Below are positions 33,735 to 36,252 of a DNA stretch of 36,252 nucleotides, in pieces. The DNA lies in the NCBI GenBank assembly GCA_964606675.1, contig CAZSJP010000001.1, positions 1 to 36,252 of the forward strand, written 5' to 3'. This DNA comes from an uncultured bacterium (lineage in GTDB: Bacteria > Latescibacterota > MWCZ01). Within the stretch, counting starts at the first letter, position 1. Every line of letters starts with the position of its first letter. The position numbers and the translations under genes were made by a program. A model generated the notes under the pieces. The model did no database searches and had not been told where the DNA came from. It saw nothing but the letters and a program-made list of their open reading frames with translations.

Positions 33735-34697
33735 CTACGGCTGAAACATCTCAAGCGTGTTGACGGAGAAGTTGCCGTCGTGGCCCCCAACTGCGTACAC
33801 GACGCTGTCCACTGTCACGGTCGCGAGGCGTTCCCGTCCAGTGGGCATGTACGGGCCCATCGACCATGATTGCGTGGCGGTATCGTAAATCTGCAGCAGG
33901 TTGCGACCCGCCCCGTATCCGTCCGTTCCCCCGACTATGTGCAACCTGGACCCGAGGGCTGAGATTGCAGACAATGACCGCGGAACGGGCATGGGCGGGC
34001 CGGTTGACCATTGCGCCCCGAGCGGCGCAGCCGGATCGTAGATACTTAGCGTGCTCATGCCACCGTAACCGCCCAACGCGTACACGTTTCCGTCGATGGC
34101 TGCAACAGCAAGGCCGCTCCGGGGGGTCGGAATGTCCTGCCCTGCCGTCCATGTGTCTGTCGCGGGATCGTAGACCTCGAGCGTGCTAAGGCGACTCCCG
34201 CCGACGCTCCATCCCCCAAACACGTACACCTTGCCGTCGAGGGCCGCGGCCGCAAGGTCGCTTCGTGGTGTGAGCATCGAGCTACCCGTGCGCCACGAGT
34301 TCGTCGCAGGATCGTAGATCTCCAGTGTGCTGAGGCGGCTGCCGTCCAAGCCCCCCACCGCGTACACCTTGCCGTCCACGGCGGCGGCCGCAAGATACAT
34401 CCGGGCCGTTGGCATGGGTTCGCCGGTCGTCCATGATTTCGTCGCGGGATCGTAGATCTCCAGCGTGTTGAGGCGGGTGTCCTTCCAGCCCCCAACCACG
34501 TATACCTTGCCATCTACGTTGACAGCCGCAAGGCCTTGCCGCGCGGTGGGCATGGACGGGGCGGTCTGCCACGGCGCAACATAGTTGGCCGCCTCGGGAT
34601 CCCTTGGGTTGTTAAGCAGTATCGTCGCTTTGTCTGAACAGCCACCAAGCAAAGCCGTGAAGCCCAGAAGACATATCGCTGGCGCGTTGACGATCAT
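33735..34697 (-). CDS. Kelch-repeat beta-propeller lipoprotein
   Basis: About six repeats of the type MPT.R..LAAA.VDGKVY..GG......L.TLEIYDPAT..W. ATG 34697 gives MIVNAPAICLLGFTALLGGCSD (lipobox) with AGGTGG upstream. The longer track ORF start at 34763 is unnecessary. Confidence 0.85.
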   Translation of the reverse strand: MIVNAPAICLLGFTALLGGCSDKATILLNNPRDPEAANYVAPWQTAPSMPTARQGLAAVNVDGKVYVVGGWKDTRLNTLEIYDPATKSWTTGEPMPTARMYLAAAAVDGKVYAVGGLDGSRLSTLEIYDPATNSWRTGSSMLTPRSDLAAAALDGKVYVFGGWSVGGSRLSTLEVYDPATDTWTAGQDIPTPRSGLAVAAIDGNVYALGGYGGMSTLSIYDPAAPLGAQWSTGPPMPVPRSLSAISALGSRLHIVGGTDGYGAGRNLLQIYDTATQSWSMGPYMPTGRERLATVTVDSVVYAVGGHDGNFSVNTLEMFQP

Positions 34698-34762
34698 CCG
34701 CCACCTACCGTGCGTCACGTATGGTTCATCCATGGCGCCTCCTCCTCCTGCGCATGGCAGCA

Positions 34763-36199
34763 TCAGAATGTCAGCGGCAGCAAGATGCCGATGCTCAGTG
34801 CGGCACTAGCGATGCCGTAGAAGATGTTTCGCTTGGATGCGGCAGCATCCCCTCTCGCTGCCGCGGCATCGATCTCACCCCGCAGCCGCGCGACTTCCGG
34901 CCTGTCCTTCTCCACCTGGTACTCTCGGTACACCGTCATTCGCTCATCGTAAGCAGCTTTGGCGTCCATGTTCATCCTGTAGCCGATCCCGGCTGCAACG
35001 GCCGCGACAGCGAGCGAAACCCACCTGATACGCGCTTTCCGAACACGAGCGACCTGGGGGAGTAGCGGCAGATCGCCACTCAGAAATGTCTCCTGCCCAA
35101 GCCGGATCACCACGTCCCTTGAGAGCGAATCATGATCGGCCAGCTTCGCGACAACAAGATGGCTCCCCACGCCGATGGGCCGGCGTGACACGGTCTCCGT
35201 TCCTATGCTCGCTCCGTCGACATGCACGATCGCGCCCGCCGGCTGGACGCTGATACTCAGGTATCCGCACGGCTCAAGCCGCGCCATCACGGCAGCACGG
35301 TCGTTCAGGTCGACCCGGACACGCTCCTGCCACGGCGCGCGATTCGGCGCAGTGACTCTTACAACGTGGCTACCGACGGCAAGGTCAGATATCAGCACCG
35401 GGGTTGTACCGCGTGTTCGGCCATCGACCTTCACTGGAGCGCCCGACGGGGCGCTCTGAATGAACATACTGCCGGAACCAAGGCGGAGTGCGAGGGTGAC
35501 CTTGACCAGCCTGTCTCGTGCGATTGTAACCCGTTGTTTCGCCACAAGGTTGCCTTTGACGAGCCTCACCAGGTGCTCGCCCACCGGCAATCGCTGAAAC
35601 GTCGCCGGGGTCACCTCCCGACGCAGTCTGCCATCCAGTGCTATCGTCGCCCCAGGCGGGGTCGACTCGACGAATAGCATGCCCATGCCCTCGCCACGCT
35701 GGAATTCGGTCGTCTGCATCGGCTCGACTCCGGCCAGTTCGGCGGCCACCTGCGCGATTGTTGTCGTGAGGATGTCCTCCAGAGTGCAACGACAGTCCTT
35801 GACTGCCGTTTCCTCGATCGCTCCGGTTGCGACGTCGATGATGCGCAGACTGATCGAGTACACACTGCCGATACGCCCGACAGTGCCGCCCACCATTTTC
35901 TCGGCGCCCGCGAGTTGCCCGACTTCGACAACGCAATCGGTCGCCACGCAACCGGACTGCTGGAAGCCCTGTTCTTCGAGGATGGCAGCCATCTGATCGC
36001 GCTCGATGACCGTGTATTCGCCTGTCTGGAACAGCTCGGCCCGCAGACGGTCCGAGAGCATACTAAGCTCCGGACCGGACACGTCCTCGCTTGTCAGATC
36101 GAGAACGCCAATGCGGGTCAGTCCCACCGATTGAGCAGCGGCGCCGTGCGCCACGAGCGCACAGACGAGCATCCCTCGTAGGTAGTTCGTCAGCCCCAT
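34763..36199 (-). CDS. envelope protein: CsgG/LpoB-like N-terminal domain, three PEGA domains, C-terminal TM anchor
   Basis: Signal peptide, then IGVLDLTSEDVS...YTVIERDQMAAILEEQGFQQSGCV...GAEKMVGGTVGRIGSVYSISLRIIDVATGAI (CsgG/LpoB-like pattern). PEGA-like units are GATIALDGRLRREVTPATFQRLPVGEHLVRL, GAPVKVDGRTRGTTPVLISDLAVGSHVVRV and GAIVHVDGASIGTE...GVGSHLVV. The C-terminus is hydrophobic. GGGAGG RBS. Confidence 0.85.
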   Translation of the reverse strand: MGLTNYLRGMLVCALVAHGAAAQSVGLTRIGVLDLTSEDVSGPELSMLSDRLRAELFQTGEYTVIERDQMAAILEEQGFQQSGCVATDCVVEVGQLAGAEKMVGGTVGRIGSVYSISLRIIDVATGAIEETAVKDCRCTLEDILTTTIAQVAAELAGVEPMQTTEFQRGEGMGMLFVESTPPGATIALDGRLRREVTPATFQRLPVGEHLVRLVKGNLVAKQRVTIARDRLVKVTLALRLGSGSMFIQSAPSGAPVKVDGRTRGTTPVLISDLAVGSHVVRVTAPNRAPWQERVRVDLNDRAAVMARLEPCGYLSISVQPAGAIVHVDGASIGTETVSRRPIGVGSHLVVAKLADHDSLSRDVVIRLGQETFLSGDLPLLPQVARVRKARIRWVSLAVAAVAAGIGYRMNMDAKAAYDERMTVYREYQVEKDRPEVARLRGEIDAAAARGDAAASKRNIFYGIASAALSIGILLPLTF

Positions 36200-36252
36200 G
36201 TTTCCTCCCGGGCCGCTCCGTCGATATCGCCCTTGCCGGCGACCTGTCCGTC

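Noticed and set aside
36190-36252. Possible 3' end of another minus-strand gene (…DGQVAGKGDIDGAAREETWG*) overlapping the PEGA gene start
   Set aside because: Only 21 codons are visible, which is too short to support a call.
1-36252. Search for CRISPR arrays, IS elements/inverted terminal repeats, integrases, rRNA/tRNA genes, toxin-antitoxin pairs
   Set aside because: I found no regularly spaced direct repeats, no transposase or recombinase motifs, and no cloverleaf-compatible intergenic sequence. The only repeats are the paralogous genes and the short motifs reported above.

Overview
GC-rich (by eye well above 60% G+C), densely coding bacterial chromosomal window. I recognise no rRNA, tRNA, CRISPR array, transposase or integrase. 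It falls into four blocks. (1) 1-9.7 kb, minus strand: a two-gene operon. A ~2,500-aa cytoplasmic giant ORF carries a nucleotide-sugar-dehydrogenase-like core and a C-terminal ATP-grasp-like module, with more than 1,500 aa lacking any motif I recognise. A 536-aa ATP-grasp protein follows 12 nt later. This is my best candidate for an undescribed system. (2) 9.9-20.4 kb, plus strand: housekeeping genes tsaB, an HDAC-family deacetylase, rimI, purine nucleoside phosphorylase, accD, a lipoprotein, an orphan MalK-type ABC ATPase, holB, PSP1/ricT and metG. Oddities here: the metG HIGH motif reads FLGN, the ricT 3' end is out of frame, the accD zinc ribbon has an expanded first knuckle, and a decayed NADAR/YbiA pseudogene follows metG. 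(3) 20.5-33.6 kb: an accessory, paralogue-rich cluster of apparently cytoplasmic enzymes. It holds three tandem divergent DapA/NAL-family aldolases, two 567-aa proteins of unknown function flanking an SPFH/flotillin-like gene, two tandem 290-aa PHP-domain hydrolases sharing a gene-conversion tract, an esterase, a DUF4382-like lipoprotein and an esterase relic. (4) 33.7-36.2 kb, minus strand: an operon of a PEGA-domain envelope protein and a Kelch-repeat lipoprotein. All functional calls come from motif recognition by eye, and no database search was possible.
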